Below, piece after piece: positions 63,093 through 64,000 of a DNA stretch of 64,000 nucleotides. Each line of letters opens with the position of its first letter. The stretch's first letter is position 1. Source of the stretch: Octopus vulgaris. Lineage: Eukaryota. Made by a program: the position numbers and the translations under genes. Location: the NCBI GenBank assembly GCA_951406725.2, contig OX597818.1, positions 95,728,001 to 95,792,000 on the forward strand. The letters are read 5' to 3'. The notes beneath the pieces are model-generated. The model searched no databases and had not been told where the DNA came from. It saw only the letters and a program-made list of their open reading frames with translations.

Positions 63093-64000
63093 GTATTTCA
63101 TATGTAATAGATATGTATTATATATGTAATAATTAAATTATATACCATGAATTTTATTGTGTTTTGTTATGTGCATGCCCTCCCAGTTGATGGTAAAGTT
63201 GTCTTGCTTGAAACTGGTTGGTGATGCAAATAAAGGTTGGGTATTGCAGCTTTATATATTTACTCTGGCTGTAATATGTTCTAAGTTTAAATCCTGCTGA
63301 GGTTGACTTTGCCATTTTTGCCCCCTAAGTTGTTAAAATAAAGTACCAGCCTAGTACTGAGGTTGATGGTAGTGACACATGCACATACCTAAAAATGACT
63401 GGCCTTTAGAAACAACTATTAAGCTAGTTTTTGAGACAAAGCATGGAATTTCGGTGAAAGATTTTAATTTAGATCATTTTAAAACAACAGTTTGTACCAT
63501 AGAACCTGTCTCAAGTTGGGTTGGTTTCAAAAGAGTTTAAGAGCTACATCCCTCAGTTCAATCCCAATCCAACAGATCTATGATCAAAGAAAGACATTTT
63601 GTTTTCTATAATCATTATTATACATAATGTGTCTAGATGTGGGATTACATAATCTGATGTATTGTACAGACTATGGAATGTGGTCCAACCCCTAGCTTTG
63701 CTGGCTCCTGTCAGGCAATCCAACCCATGCCAGCATAATGGAAAACAGACATTAAAAGATAATGATGATACATACATACATATCTACATACATACATATA
63801 TGTCTATTGGTGTGTGACCTGTTAGTTAGGCTGTTGCACTCATGATCACTATATTGGGGGTTCGATTCCTGATTGGGCAGTGCATTGTGTTCTTGAGCAA
63901 AACACTTTATTTCACATTGTTCCAACCCCCCATTTTGATCAGAGGAAGAATATTGGCCTGCTCAACTAGCCAGTGGGGTGGTATCATTTTAAGGCTAACG

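Overview
AT-rich, intron- and repeat-dense metazoan DNA. The SINE repertoire, piggyBac MITEs and microsatellites look like a cephalopod, probably Octopus; this is inferred from remembered repeat sequences, not a search. Three spliced host genes can be rebuilt from phase-compatible GT-AG exons. (1) A minus-strand secreted saposin-B-like gene (3098 to off the left edge), made of short exons the ORF track misses. (2) A plus-strand gene with a PAN/Apple-like domain followed by a long coiled coil (21377-45157, 5' end unresolved). (3) THUMPD1 on the minus strand (51167-46127, 352 aa), convergent with gene 2. The rest is mostly transposon-derived: a nearly intact CR1-type LINE ORF2, RTE/CR1 relics, Penelope-like (Naiad-like) relics, a Helitron, pogo and Merlin transposase relics, Merlin/hAT/piggyBac MITEs and many SINEs. 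The most unusual items are a fold-back element carrying a complete tRNA cloverleaf inside a 15-bp direct repeat (38828-39182), a type I hammerhead ribozyme (18563-18631), a Merlin transposase relic with two Merlin-type MITEs, and long intronic palindromes next to exons. Most ORFs in the supplied track are spurious. All calls were made by eye.
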